Assembly (NCBI GenBank): GCA_030649735.1
Contig: JAUSFL010000001.1
Span: 1 to 36,186 of the forward strand
DNA: 36,186 bases
Reading direction: 5' to 3'
Source: Candidatus Iainarchaeum sp.
GTDB taxonomy: Archaea; Iainarchaeota; Iainarchaeia; Iainarchaeales; UBA10191
Shown here: positions 1 to 9,427 of the stretch, piece by piece
Position numbering within the stretch: position 1 is the stretch's first letter
How the letters are laid out: each line of letters starts with the position of its first letter
Translations under genes and position numbers: made by a program
The notes under the pieces: model-generated
Database searches by the model: none
Told to the model about the DNA's origin: nothing
Seen by the model: the letters and a program-made list of their open reading frames with translations, nothing else

Positions 1-1097
1 GGCGGAGAGCCGGCAATATAATTATTGTTGGCTTGGAAAGTGCTGAGAACTCCAGCCCCCACGCTATAAAGGCTGTTGTTTGCGTGCATGCCAGAATCAA
101 CAAACAAGTTATTGAATACTCTTGCATTGGATGCCGCTCCAGCGTTTCTGGCATCGTTCTGATTTATATTCAAAAAAATCGTGTCTATTCTTGTATTGAT
201 AAAAGTATTGTTGTAAAATGACACGTTTGGAATATAAACATTGCAGGAATAGGCAACATTCACTAAAAGATTATTGCGAAACGTCCAATCACGAATATCG
301 GCAATTCCGTCTTGTGAAAGATTGCATAATTGGGCTTCAGAATTAGTGATTGTGTTGTTCTCAAAAATAATGTCATAGGCAGAATCGCCATTATTCCCAA
401 AAGTTTGAATGATATCAGTATGGTGGCCATTTTCCCACATATTAGTAAAATAATTTCCTCGGAAAATATGGTGCGCGCCAAAAGGCTGAATCACGTCAAA
501 ACCTCCGCCATTGGCGCCGTCAAAAGTGTTGTTTTCTATCAAATGGCTGTCGCCAAAAAGAAACAAGCTCACATACCCAATGTCCTTAATTATATTCCCC
601 TTGACAATGCAATGGCCTGCAGACTGTGACGGCAAATTGCCGCCTTTATTGAATTCAATGCCTGACGCACTGTCAAAAGGAACATCATGAAGCGTATTAT
701 TCAATATTTGACAGTAATGCGCGCCAGTGCCAACTGAAATCATTCCACGCCAAGCCACGGCCTCAGAAGTGCCAGTAATGTCAAAACCGTCAACAATCAC
801 ATAAGGCGCCGAAATGTTAATTTGGCTAGTGACAACAGCCCCATTAGCCTTGAAAGTCACTGGGCTTCCAGCACTCCCCCCGCGGCTTAAATTTACATTT
901 TCGTTATAGCCGCCAGCGCTTACAATGCAAGAATCCCCTGGAGAAACCATGCCTGTGCACTTTTGGATAGTCCTGAAAGGCTGCGCTTCACTCCCGGGAT
1001 TAGAATCACTGCCTGTGATCGAAACATTATAAGTTGCGGAAAAAGCAAAGCCTGCAAAAAGCAAGAAGAAAACCAGCAGCAATAATTTGAATCTCAT
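1..1097 (-). CDS. Secreted right-handed beta-helix (pectate lyase-like/DUF1565) protein, truncated at window start
   Basis: Not in the ORF track because it has no stop in the window. Manual translation from ATG 1097 gives the signal peptide MRFKLLLLVFFLLFAGFAFSA, then TYNVSITGSDSNPGSEAQPFRTIQK...PGD (DUF1565-like motif) and repeated IxNN/FxNNT beta-helix motifs. Confidence 0.85.
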   Translation of the reverse strand, partial: MRFKLLLLVFFLLFAGFAFSATYNVSITGSDSNPGSEAQPFRTIQKCTGMVSPGDSCIVSAGGYNENVNLSRGGSAGSPVTFKANGAVVTSQINISAPYVIVDGFDITGTSEAVAWRGMISVGTGAHYCQILNNTLHDVPFDSASGIEFNKGGNLPSQSAGHCIVKGNIIKDIGYVSLFLFGDSHLIENNTFDGANGGGFDVIQPFGAHHIFRGNYFTNMWENGHHTDIIQTFGNNGDSAYDIIFENNTITNSEAQLCNLSQDGIADIRDWTFRNNLLVNVAYSCNVYIPNVSFYNNTFINTRIDTIFLNINQNDARNAGAASNARVFNNLFVDSGMHANNSLYSVGAGVLSTFQANNNYIAGSP

Positions 1098-1152
1098 TCA
1101 TTTAGAAAAAAGGGGTTTTAATATTTAATTCTAATGGATAACGTGGTTCTTA

Positions 1153-2535
1153 ATGGATTCTTTTGATTTCATCAGCCCTTTAGATTACAGGTATATTGGA
1201 AGAGACAAGGATTTTGCAAAAATTGCCGGCTTTTTTTCAGAAAACTCCCGCATCAAATACCAGGCTAAAATAGAGCTTGCGTTGATAAAAGCTTTAGCCG
1301 CAAGAAAAGTTTGCTCTCAAAAAGTTGTTGAAGAAGTAGAGAAAGCAATTCAGGAAATAAAAGCAGAAGAAGTTTACAATGAAGAAGACATTACAAAACA
1401 CGACATTAAGGCTTTAGTTAATGTGCTGCGCTCGAAAGTTTCTGAAGAGGCAAAGCCATTCATTCACTTGACTTCAACATCCTATGATATCGTTGATACC
1501 GCGAATTCATTGAGGTTTAAGGAAGGCACGCTGGAGCTTTTGATTCCCGCATTAAAAGAGCTTGAGAAAACCATAATTGAGCTTGCATTGCGGGAGAAAG
1601 AGACAGTGCAGATTGGAAGGACTCATGGGCAGCACGCAGAGCCAATAACTTTCGGGTATTTTTTGGCATGCTATGCAAGCAGGATTGGGCAAAGAATCAA
1701 GGAAATTGAAGCACGCGCAAATTCATTGAAGGGAAAATTTTCAGGAGCAGTTGGGGCATACAATGCTTCAAGCCTTTTCTTTGACAATGCGCTGGAGTTT
1801 GAGAAAGAAGTCCTTGCGCAATTGGGCCTTTTGCCAAGCGAGTCTTCAACTCAAATCATAGAGCCAGAGCCATTGACTGACTTAAGCCATGCAGTGGTTT
1901 CCTGCTTTGGGGTTTTGGCAAACTTGGCCGATGATTTAAGGCATTTGCAAAGGAGCGAAATTGCGGAAGTCGCGGAAGCCTTTGATTCAAAGCAGGTCGG
2001 CAGTTCAACAATGCCTCACAAGCGCAATCCAATAAACTTTGAGAACGTTAAAAGCTTTTACAAAGAATTCATGCCGCGCATGACTTCAGTCTATCTGGAC
2101 CAAATTTCAGAGCATCAAAGGGACTTGACTAATTCTGCAAGCCAGAGGTTTTTGCCAGAGCTTTTCGTGGGCTTTTATTCAAGCGTGAAAAGAATGGACA
2201 AAATTCTTTCAAAATTAGTGGTGGACAAGGAAAACATGCGAAAGAATTTTGAAACAGCAAGCGAAAGCATTATTGCAGAGCCATTATACTTGCTGTTCGC
2301 TTTCAAGGGCCATCCTGACGCGCACGAGTTTTTGAAGCAATTGACGCTGAAGGCACAGCAGGAAAAAAAGCCATTGATTGAAATAATAAAGCAAGACAAG
2401 GAAGCCAAAGAATGGCTGGAAAAGCTTGATGAACGGCAAAAGGAAATCGCCCTCCAGCCTGAAAAATACATTGGAAAGGCTGTGGAAAAGACGGGCTTAA
2501 TTTGTGAACACTGGAAGAAAGAACTGAAAATTTAA
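1153..2535 (+). CDS. purB: Adenylosuccinate lyase
   Basis: Fumarate-lyase signature GSSTMPHKRNP, plus GRTHGQHA, ISPLDYRY and HQRDLTNSA. Confidence 0.97.
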   Translation: MDSFDFISPLDYRYIGRDKDFAKIAGFFSENSRIKYQAKIELALIKALAARKVCSQKVVEEVEKAIQEIKAEEVYNEEDITKHDIKALVNVLRSKVSEEAKPFIHLTSTSYDIVDTANSLRFKEGTLELLIPALKELEKTIIELALREKETVQIGRTHGQHAEPITFGYFLACYASRIGQRIKEIEARANSLKGKFSGAVGAYNASSLFFDNALEFEKEVLAQLGLLPSESSTQIIEPEPLTDLSHAVVSCFGVLANLADDLRHLQRSEIAEVAEAFDSKQVGSSTMPHKRNPINFENVKSFYKEFMPRMTSVYLDQISEHQRDLTNSASQRFLPELFVGFYSSVKRMDKILSKLVVDKENMRKNFETASESIIAEPLYLLFAFKGHPDAHEFLKQLTLKAQQEKKPLIEIIKQDKEAKEWLEKLDERQKEIALQPEKYIGKAVEKTGLICEHWKKELKI

Positions 2536-2593
2536 TTTATTAATAGCGAAAAAGCCGAAAATGCCCCAAAAAGTTCTTAAAAGCCAAAACCTA

Positions 2594-2646
2594 TTTAAAT
2601 AAGATAAGAAAAAGAATATATAACACATTAACTAGTATTAGTTAAT
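2594..2646 (+). promoter_or_regulatory. TATA box plus 20-bp near-palindrome (candidate operator) upstream of the protease gene
   Basis: TTTAAATA at 2594-2601. ATTAACTAGTATTAGTTAAT at 2627-2646 is an inverted repeat with one mismatched pair. Confidence 0.5.
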
Positions 2647-2660
2647 TTGGGGGTTTTTGA

Positions 2661-3383
2661 ATGAAAAAGATATTAATTGCGGCATTAATTGCCTTAGTAC
2701 TCTTTGGATTCTTGGCAGTGGCAACACGGCCTGAAAAAGAAGACAAAGGGCCTTTAGAAAAAATAACTTTCATACATTACAAAAAAGGAACTCACGAAGC
2801 AAACAATTCCGGAAAAGCCAAGCCAGGAACATCCTGCTACTCTTTCTTGAGCACTGGCGCAAAATGGAAAACAACAGAGCCTTTCGCAATCAATCCATCA
2901 AACAATGACAGCGTAAGCGAAACAGCCGTTCAAAACGCAGTAAATGCCGGAGTTGCAGAATGGGAAAAGTCCGGCGGAAACATTTTTGGGAACGGAAGCA
3001 TTGACTATACTGCAAGCTATAATGGCGGAGCCTTGGATGGAATTAATACAGTAACTTTTGGAGACCTGGGCAATCAAGGAATCATTGCAGTAACCACTAT
3101 TTGGGGTTATTTCAGCGGGCCAACACAATCAAGGGAACTTATTGAATGGGACTTGCAATTCAATGATTACTTCCAATACGGCGATGCAACAACAACTGAT
3201 TATGTAATGGATGTGCAAAACATTGCAACCCACGAACTAGGGCACGCTGCAGGAATGGCTGACTTGTACACAGTCTCATGCAATAATGAAACAATGTACG
3301 GTTACAGCTCTGTTGGAGAAACACAAAAGCGCACTTTGAACATCGGCGACATTAAAGGAATAAAATTGCTTTACGGGGCCTAA
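2661..3383 (+). CDS. Secreted matrixin-like zinc metalloprotease (metzincin)
   Basis: Signal peptide; HELGHAAGMAD (HExxHxxGxxD) zinc motif; Met-turn ETMY. Confidence 0.85.
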   Translation: MKKILIAALIALVLFGFLAVATRPEKEDKGPLEKITFIHYKKGTHEANNSGKAKPGTSCYSFLSTGAKWKTTEPFAINPSNNDSVSETAVQNAVNAGVAEWEKSGGNIFGNGSIDYTASYNGGALDGINTVTFGDLGNQGIIAVTTIWGYFSGPTQSRELIEWDLQFNDYFQYGDATTTDYVMDVQNIATHELGHAAGMADLYTVSCNNETMYGYSSVGETQKRTLNIGDIKGIKLLYGA

Positions 3384-3424
3384 AACAGCCCTGATTTTTC
3401 TTCTTTTAATCCTTCCTTTTTGAC

Positions 3425-4513
3425 TCAATAGTCTTCAAAGACAATTTGCTTGGGCTTTATTTCAACTTTTTTAGGCCCTAAGACAGTCCTGCCTAATTCA
3501 AAAACTTCAAGGCCTGATTCCTTGCTGGCTTTTTGGATTGCTTTCGCGCTTTCTTCAGGCGCTATAACAGCATAGCCGATCCCCATGTTCCAAGTATAGT
3601 ATGCTTCAGAATCTGGAAGATTGCCTTTGCTTTGCAAAAATTTGAAAAGTTCGCTTGATTCTGGAACAAAATCAATCTTATAGGAAAAGTTCTTTTTGGC
3701 GCGCATTATTTTCTTCCACCCGTGCCCGGTGATTGGAGAAAAATAATGCACTTCGCAAGTTTCAAGGATTTTTTTAACGACTGGAGAGTAAAGCGCAGTG
3801 GGCTTGAGCAATTCTTCGCCCAAAATTTTGCCGGATTCAGGCAATTCTGTAAAATAGCCGTCAGAAAGGCCTTCAGCAATTTTTCTTGCAAGGGAAATTC
3901 CATTGCTGTGGATTCCAGAGCTTTGAATTCCAAAAATAAAGTCCCCAGCCTTCAAGTTTTGGCCAATTGTCAAATTCTGTTTTGGCTTTATCAAGCCGAC
4001 TGAAGAGCCGGCCAAATCCAAAGTTTCAGGAAAAACTACGCCTTTCAAGGTCGGGGTTTCACCGCAAGGAATTGCAATCTGCAATTCAACGGCGGCCTTC
4101 CTATAGCCTTCCAAAAGCGCTTGCGCTTTTTCTTCAGTGAACCAGTTGGAATCCCCAGTGCTTATTATGTCGCCGTAAATTATTGGCTCTGCGCCAATTG
4201 AGGAAAGGTCATTAGTGCTCATTGCGACAGTGTCAATTCCAATGCTCTCATAATATTTTACTCCCTTTCCGCGCGAGTCATTGCTCATTGAGTCTGCAAT
4301 CAAATTCTTTGTACCCAATCCTTCAACATTGAATGCGAGGTAGAAATCCTGCTCTGGAAAGTCTATCGCAACAGCGCTTTCGCCTAAAGTCCCATTGACC
4401 AATCGCAAGCCGAATTTTTTCGGAGAATCCATTGTTTCAGAGAACTTTTGAATCGCGGCCTTCTTTACAGGATCAAGCTTTGAATAATCAACAATGTCGG
4501 AGTACTTCATCAA
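3425..4513 (-). CDS. purM: Phosphoribosylformylglycinamidine cyclo-ligase (AIR synthase)
   Basis: EGLGTK, CGETP, SSGIHSNG and WNMGIG motifs; same-strand cluster with purL/purQ. Confidence 0.92.
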   Translation of the reverse strand: MMKYSDIVDYSKLDPVKKAAIQKFSETMDSPKKFGLRLVNGTLGESAVAIDFPEQDFYLAFNVEGLGTKNLIADSMSNDSRGKGVKYYESIGIDTVAMSTNDLSSIGAEPIIYGDIISTGDSNWFTEEKAQALLEGYRKAAVELQIAIPCGETPTLKGVVFPETLDLAGSSVGLIKPKQNLTIGQNLKAGDFIFGIQSSGIHSNGISLARKIAEGLSDGYFTELPESGKILGEELLKPTALYSPVVKKILETCEVHYFSPITGHGWKKIMRAKKNFSYKIDFVPESSELFKFLQSKGNLPDSEAYYTWNMGIGYAVIAPEESAKAIQKASKESGLEVFELGRTVLGPKKVEIKPKQIVFEDY

Positions 4514-4516
4514 AAA

Positions 4517-5113
4517 TCACTTTCCTTCAAGCTCTGCGCCCTGCAGTGAAACAAGCAAGTACTTTCCATTCTTTGCTTCTAGAATCATTATTGAGCAATC
4601 ACCTAATATCTTGAATTCTCCAAGATTTAATAATCCCCTAGCCAAAGTGCTAATTGGCCCACCGTGGGTTATTATTGCAATTTTCTTGTAATCTTCGCTT
4701 GAGATTTTCTTGAATGCTGCAATCACTCGCTTGGCAAAAAAATCATAATCTTCAGAGCCAGAAACAAAATTCCTGTACTTGTGCTTTGAAAGCTTTTCAA
4801 CTTCTTTTGGGAATTTAGCTTTGGCTTCAGACTTTACAAGGCCAGTCAGCACTCCATACTGGTTTCTTTCACGCAAATCATCAACAACTTTCATTTCAAC
4901 ATTGAGCTTTGCCGCAATTACTTTTGCTGTTTCAGCAGCCCTTTTTCGCGGGGAATGAAAAATAACTTCAATTCCTTTTCCCGAAAGTTTTTCAGCAAGT
5001 GCTTTGGCCTGCAATTTGCCTTTTTCTGAAAGGCAGTCATCAAAGTCTCCGCCATAGCGGTTTTCAACATCGCCAGTGGTTTCACCGTGGCGGATTAGGA
5101 AAATCTTGACCAT
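4517..5113 (-). CDS. Histidine phosphatase (PGM-like) family protein
   Basis: N-terminal LIRHGET, SPRKRA, LRE and THGG motifs. Confidence 0.9.
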   Translation of the reverse strand: MVKIFLIRHGETTGDVENRYGGDFDDCLSEKGKLQAKALAEKLSGKGIEVIFHSPRKRAAETAKVIAAKLNVEMKVVDDLRERNQYGVLTGLVKSEAKAKFPKEVEKLSKHKYRNFVSGSEDYDFFAKRVIAAFKKISSEDYKKIAIITHGGPISTLARGLLNLGEFKILGDCSIMILEAKNGKYLLVSLQGAELEGK

Positions 5114-5125
5114 TCACAAACCTTT

Positions 5126-5929
5126 TTACTTGAAGAAGTCCACAGCATTCTTGAAAATCTTCAGGCCAGAACTGTCTTCTGGAATTTCGGCGCCAGCGCG
5201 CTTGAGGATTTCCTTCTGCAATGGCCAATTGTCCTGCTGAGTGAACAGAATGTTCCTTTCAGGATGCGGCATTAACCCAAAAATCCTGCCTGTTTCATCG
5301 CAAATTCCAGCAATGTCAAGCATTGCGCCGTTAGGATTGAAAGGGAATTCTCCATTTGCAAGGCTTTCACGCTTTGCGTACTTGAGGACAATCTGGTCTT
5401 TGACTCCAAGCTTTTCCAAAACCTGCTGGCTTGCAGTGAATTTTCCCTCGCCGTGCGCTACTGGCAGGCTAATATTGTCAATGCCTTTGGTGAAAACGCA
5501 CTTTTTTGAGAAATTCTTTAAAGAAATCCAGCGGCATTCATAACGCGCAGTATTATTGTGCGCCAAGGCAACAGAGCGCTCGCCGTACTTTTTGTCAATT
5601 CCGGGCAAAAGCCCGAGATTTGTAATAACTTGAAAGCCATTGCAAATCCCAATGACCAACTTTTTTTCATCAATGAATTCCAAAAGGTTTTCCCACAAGT
5701 TGTTGCGAATTTTATTCGCCAAGGCATTTCCGGAGCCAGTGTCATCGCCGTAAGAAAACCCTCCAGGAAATGAAAGGATTTCAAAGCTTTTCAAAAGTTG
5801 CGGGTTTTTTATCAAGTCATTGACGTGGATTATTTGCGGCAGGGCGCCGGCTTTTTCAAAAGCAAAGGCTGTCTCTTCATCACAGTTTATTCCATAGCCA
5901 GTCAAAACCAAAACTCTGGGAATCGCCAT
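5126..5929 (-). CDS. purQ: FGAM synthase glutaminase subunit PurQ
   Basis: GINCDEE, PGGFSYGD, GICNGFQ and MPHPER motifs; start overlaps the purL stop (TAATG). Confidence 0.96.
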   Translation of the reverse strand: MAIPRVLVLTGYGINCDEETAFAFEKAGALPQIIHVNDLIKNPQLLKSFEILSFPGGFSYGDDTGSGNALANKIRNNLWENLLEFIDEKKLVIGICNGFQVITNLGLLPGIDKKYGERSVALAHNNTARYECRWISLKNFSKKCVFTKGIDNISLPVAHGEGKFTASQQVLEKLGVKDQIVLKYAKRESLANGEFPFNPNGAMLDIAGICDETGRIFGLMPHPERNILFTQQDNWPLQKEILKRAGAEIPEDSSGLKIFKNAVDFFK

Positions 5930-8895
5930 TAAAAATCCCTCAATGTTTTCCTGTAAGCTTCATTCAAGTCCTTGATTGAATTCTTGCAAACTGCCTTGCC
6001 ATTCAAGCCCTTGATTTCCAGGCCGTTTCCTAAAACAACCCCGATTTTTGAGAATGCATTGCCTTGCATTAACTGCTCAAATGCGGCAGAGTCTTTTGGA
6101 GCCACAGTGACAATAATCCTGCCTGCTGATTCTGAAAAAAGCAAAGCGTCATTTCTTGAAATACCTTCCAACGGGGTTTTCTGCAAGTCAATTTGCGCTC
6201 CGCAATTGCCTGCAATACATGCCTTTGCCAAGGCAATTCCCAAACCGCCAAAGCCGACAGGAATTGAAGAAGCAACTAATTCTTTGTCAATTGCCTGGCT
6301 TAAAGAATTGTAAATTCCAATTGATTTTTCGGCATTCACTGAAGGCACGTTTTTTCCGACAAATCCCTTGGAAGCGTAATATTCAGAGCCGCCAAGCTCA
6401 TTCTTTGTCAGGCCCAAGGCATAAATGAAATCGCCTTCAAGCTTGAAGTCTATTGAAACGCTTTTTTCGGCATTGTCCATTATTCCCAGCGAGGAAATCA
6501 AGAGCGTTGGAGGCACTGAAATCTTGACTGGAGAATTGCTTTCGTCAAAGCCTGCAAAGTCATTGAACATGCTGTCTTTTCCGGAAATGAACGGAGTCCC
6601 AAAATTAACTGACAATTCAAAGCAAGCCTGCACTGAATCCTTCAATTGCCCCAAGCGTTCAGGCTGCAAGGAAGAGCACCAGCAAAAATTATCCATCAAT
6701 GCAATGTTTTCCAATTTTGTTCCAACGCAAACCAGGTTTTTTATTGCGGCATCAATCGCGCACGCGGCCATTTCATAAGTGCTAATGTCGCCGTACTTTG
6801 GAAACAAGGCCTGCGATAATGAAACAGCGCGCTTGCTTTGCAAAACCGGCCGCAGCACTGTTGCTTCGGCATTGACTTTTCCAGCGCCCTGCAATGGCTT
6901 TAGGACGCTTGTTCCCTGGACTTCAAAATCATACTGTGTTGAAACAAACTCTTTGCTGCAAATGTTCAATCGCGCAAGCATTGCAAGCAATTCTTCAGAA
7001 AGGCTTTCAGGCTCCTTGAATTCCGGCTCTTTCAGGTCTTTTGGAAAGTTTGCGCTTTTCAGGACTTTTTTCGGCAATCCGTCATGCAAGAACTTCAGGT
7101 CTATTTCCATTATTTTTTGGCCATTGCTGTTCACAATGCATTTTCCCGAATCATTGAATTCTCCAATTACTGTGGATTCTACTCCGCGAGAATCCATCAG
7201 GTCCAAAAACTTTTGCACTTTTTCCTTTGGAATTGCCAAAGTCATGCGCTCTTGGCTTTCTGAAACCCACACTTTCCAAGGCTGCATTCCAGGATATTTT
7301 ACCGGAATTTTCTCCAATTCCACAACGCAGCCATTGCATTCTTTGGCCATTTCAGCGACAGAACAGCTAAGGCCTCCGGCTCCATTGTCTGTAATGCTGT
7401 TAAACAATTCCAAATCGCGGGCTTCTTTCACTATTGCGTCGCTTAATTTTTTCTGCGTGATTGGATCGCCAATCTGCACTGCAGTTGCCGGGCTTCCTTC
7501 AGTCAAGGCTTCTGAAGAAAAAGTCGCGCCGTGAATTCCATCCTGTCCAACGCGGTTTCCAACCATTACAATTGCGTCTCCAGGCAATGCGGCTTTTTCA
7601 GTGGAGTCTTTTCCATTAACTTTTCTAGGAATCAGCCCTAAAGTGCCTACAAAAACCAGCGGCTTTCCCTTATAACGCTCTTCAAAATACAAGAATCCTT
7701 GAGGCGTTGGAATGCCAGAGCAGTTTCCTCCAACATTCACGCCTTCAATGACTCCAAGCATTATTCTTTCAGGCAGCAAAATCGGGCTTTGCCTGTCTTT
7801 TGCCTTGAACAATAATTTGGCGTCCTTGGGGTCTGCAAAGCAAAACCCGTAACGGTTTATTATTGGCTTTGCGCTCATTCCAAAACCAATCGCGTCCCTA
7901 TTGACGCCAACAATTCCGGTAATTGCGCCGCCGAAAGGATCCAAAGCGCTTGGGGAATTGTGCGTTTCTGCCTTGTCTGTAACAAGGAATTTTTCGTCAA
8001 AAAACAACGCGCCTGAATTGTCGACAAAAACTGAAGCGCACAAGTCCTTACTTCCCTTCAATGCGCGGATTTGCTCTGTTGACTTTTGGATTTTTTCCTT
8101 GAACAAACCACCTTTGATCTCGTCAAGCTCTGCGGCAAAAATCGTGTGCTTGCAGTGCTCGCTCCAAGTCTGCGCAAGGCTTTCCAATTCAATGTCTGTG
8201 GGCTTTCTTTGCAATGCATTGAAATAATCGCGAATAACTTTCATTGAATCCAAATCCAAGGCCAAAGGCCCTCTTCTAGACCCGTCAGAATCCGCGATTC
8301 CTTTCTTTCCAATTACAATCAATTCCTCGTCAGGAACATTCAAGTCAACCAAGTCAGAGTTTGGCGACTGATTCAAGCGAACTTTTGGCACTATCAAGTC
8401 CATTCCATTGTCTTGCGAGAATTTTTCCCAGCCTTTAATATGGATTCTTTGAATCAAAGGGTTTGCGAAAGACTTCGCGATTTTTTCAGCATCATCCGGA
8501 CTGGTTTTTCCGCGCAAGTAAAAAACCTGCGAGTAATAAACAGTTGTTCCTTCGGCTTTTTCTCCAAAAAAGTCATAAATTGTTTCAGCCGCGGTGTTTC
8601 CAACATTGTCTGTGACTCCGGGCAAAAAGCCTGTTTCAATCGCAAAATCAAAAATGCCCTGCAAAGAAGAAATCATGCCGTTTCCATTTATGCGAAAGCC
8701 CTGCATTACAGGGTTTGAAAGCAAAGAACCGCACTTTTCCAAGTCCGCAAGCTCTAGCTTTGGCGAAGAAACAGTGTAAACATCAATCACATCGACAGCA
8801 TTAACTGCCTTGAATCCAAGCGCGTGAATTTTCTTCAGCTTCGTCAAAGCGCGCGCGTCAGGAATTTTTGAAAAAACCTCAATTCTACAGTCCAA
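5929..8895 (-). CDS. purL: FGAM synthase PurL with N-terminal PurS-like repeats
   Basis: QTWSEHCKH, ETHNSPS, DGIHGA, DNGAGG, SESQERM and ISGKDS motifs. Start moved from 8967 to TTG at 8895 (SD-like GGTGG upstream). Confidence 0.95.
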   Translation of the reverse strand: MDCRIEVFSKIPDARALTKLKKIHALGFKAVNAVDVIDVYTVSSPKLELADLEKCGSLLSNPVMQGFRINGNGMISSLQGIFDFAIETGFLPGVTDNVGNTAAETIYDFFGEKAEGTTVYYSQVFYLRGKTSPDDAEKIAKSFANPLIQRIHIKGWEKFSQDNGMDLIVPKVRLNQSPNSDLVDLNVPDEELIVIGKKGIADSDGSRRGPLALDLDSMKVIRDYFNALQRKPTDIELESLAQTWSEHCKHTIFAAELDEIKGGLFKEKIQKSTEQIRALKGSKDLCASVFVDNSGALFFDEKFLVTDKAETHNSPSALDPFGGAITGIVGVNRDAIGFGMSAKPIINRYGFCFADPKDAKLLFKAKDRQSPILLPERIMLGVIEGVNVGGNCSGIPTPQGFLYFEERYKGKPLVFVGTLGLIPRKVNGKDSTEKAALPGDAIVMVGNRVGQDGIHGATFSSEALTEGSPATAVQIGDPITQKKLSDAIVKEARDLELFNSITDNGAGGLSCSVAEMAKECNGCVVELEKIPVKYPGMQPWKVWVSESQERMTLAIPKEKVQKFLDLMDSRGVESTVIGEFNDSGKCIVNSNGQKIMEIDLKFLHDGLPKKVLKSANFPKDLKEPEFKEPESLSEELLAMLARLNICSKEFVSTQYDFEVQGTSVLKPLQGAGKVNAEATVLRPVLQSKRAVSLSQALFPKYGDISTYEMAACAIDAAIKNLVCVGTKLENIALMDNFCWCSSLQPERLGQLKDSVQACFELSVNFGTPFISGKDSMFNDFAGFDESNSPVKISVPPTLLISSLGIMDNAEKSVSIDFKLEGDFIYALGLTKNELGGSEYYASKGFVGKNVPSVNAEKSIGIYNSLSQAIDKELVASSIPVGFGGLGIALAKACIAGNCGAQIDLQKTPLEGISRNDALLFSESAGRIIVTVAPKDSAAFEQLMQGNAFSKIGVVLGNGLEIKGLNGKAVCKNSIKDLNEAYRKTLRDF

Positions 8896-8981
8896 AAAAA
8901 GCCACCAGCCCCAAACTCCCCATTTAGAAAGGAAGAAAACAATTAAAAACTCCGCCAAAAAAAACAATTTTGGCTTTTAAA

Positions 8982-9257
8982 CTACTGCACAGTGCAGTCG
9001 CTGCCTTTGCAAAAGCCGTCAATTCCGCAATAATAGCTTGCATTGACGCATTTCAAAAGATTTGGAGCGCCAGGACTGCAGAAAGAACTCATGCTTGAAA
9101 CAGAACAGTCATTATTGCCAGTGCAGGGAATGCTTTGTGCATTGCAGGAGACTGTATAATTGCCTGCGCCGGGCTGATTGCTGAAAAAAAGAAAGTATGC
9201 CGCAACAACTGCGATTGCCAGAATTAAAATTCCCGCAATGACTAATTTGCTCTTCAT
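8982..9257 (-). CDS. Small membrane-anchored or secreted Cys-rich protein
   Basis: N-terminal hydrophobic helix and 8 Cys. TATA-like CTTAAATA at 9280-9287 (minus strand) fits a leaderless transcript. Confidence 0.7.
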   Translation of the reverse strand: MKSKLVIAGILILAIAVVAAYFLFFSNQPGAGNYTVSCNAQSIPCTGNNDCSVSSMSSFCSPGAPNLLKCVNASYYCGIDGFCKGSDCTVQ

Positions 9258-9282
9258 AATTTAATTCAGGATTTTCTAATAT

Positions 9283-9426
9283 TTAAGGCTTTTCAAGGCT
9301 GGTTTTTTGCAAAAATTCTGTTTTGTAGTAATTGCAGTGCTTTTGCAGACTGCACTTTGAACAATTAGGGTTTCTCGGAAAGCACTTGCGCTGGCCGAAC
9401 TTTACCATCAGTTCGTTGATTTCAAG
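9283..9426 (-). pseudogene. nth: Orphan 3' end of endonuclease III (displaced nth C-terminus)
   Basis: Translates as LEINELMVKFGQRKCFPRNPNCSKCSLQKHCNYYKTEFLQKTSLEKP*. Matches the nth C-terminus at 22/34 residues; C-x6-C-x2-C-x5-C is intact. Confidence 0.9.
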
Positions 9427-9427
9427 C

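Noticed and set aside
33-629. Short ORFs at 33-221, 263-481 and 330-629
   Set aside because: Shadow frames of the partial minus-strand beta-helix gene.
5241-8779. Plus-strand ORFs up to 251 aa over purQ/purL, and similar antisense ORFs elsewhere (24963, 34837, 35440, 35890)
   Set aside because: Antisense shadows of conserved genes with no recognisable motifs.
8896-8967. Hydrophobic N-terminal extension on PurL
   Set aside because: Artefact of the longest-ORF TTG call; an SD-like motif supports a start at 8895.
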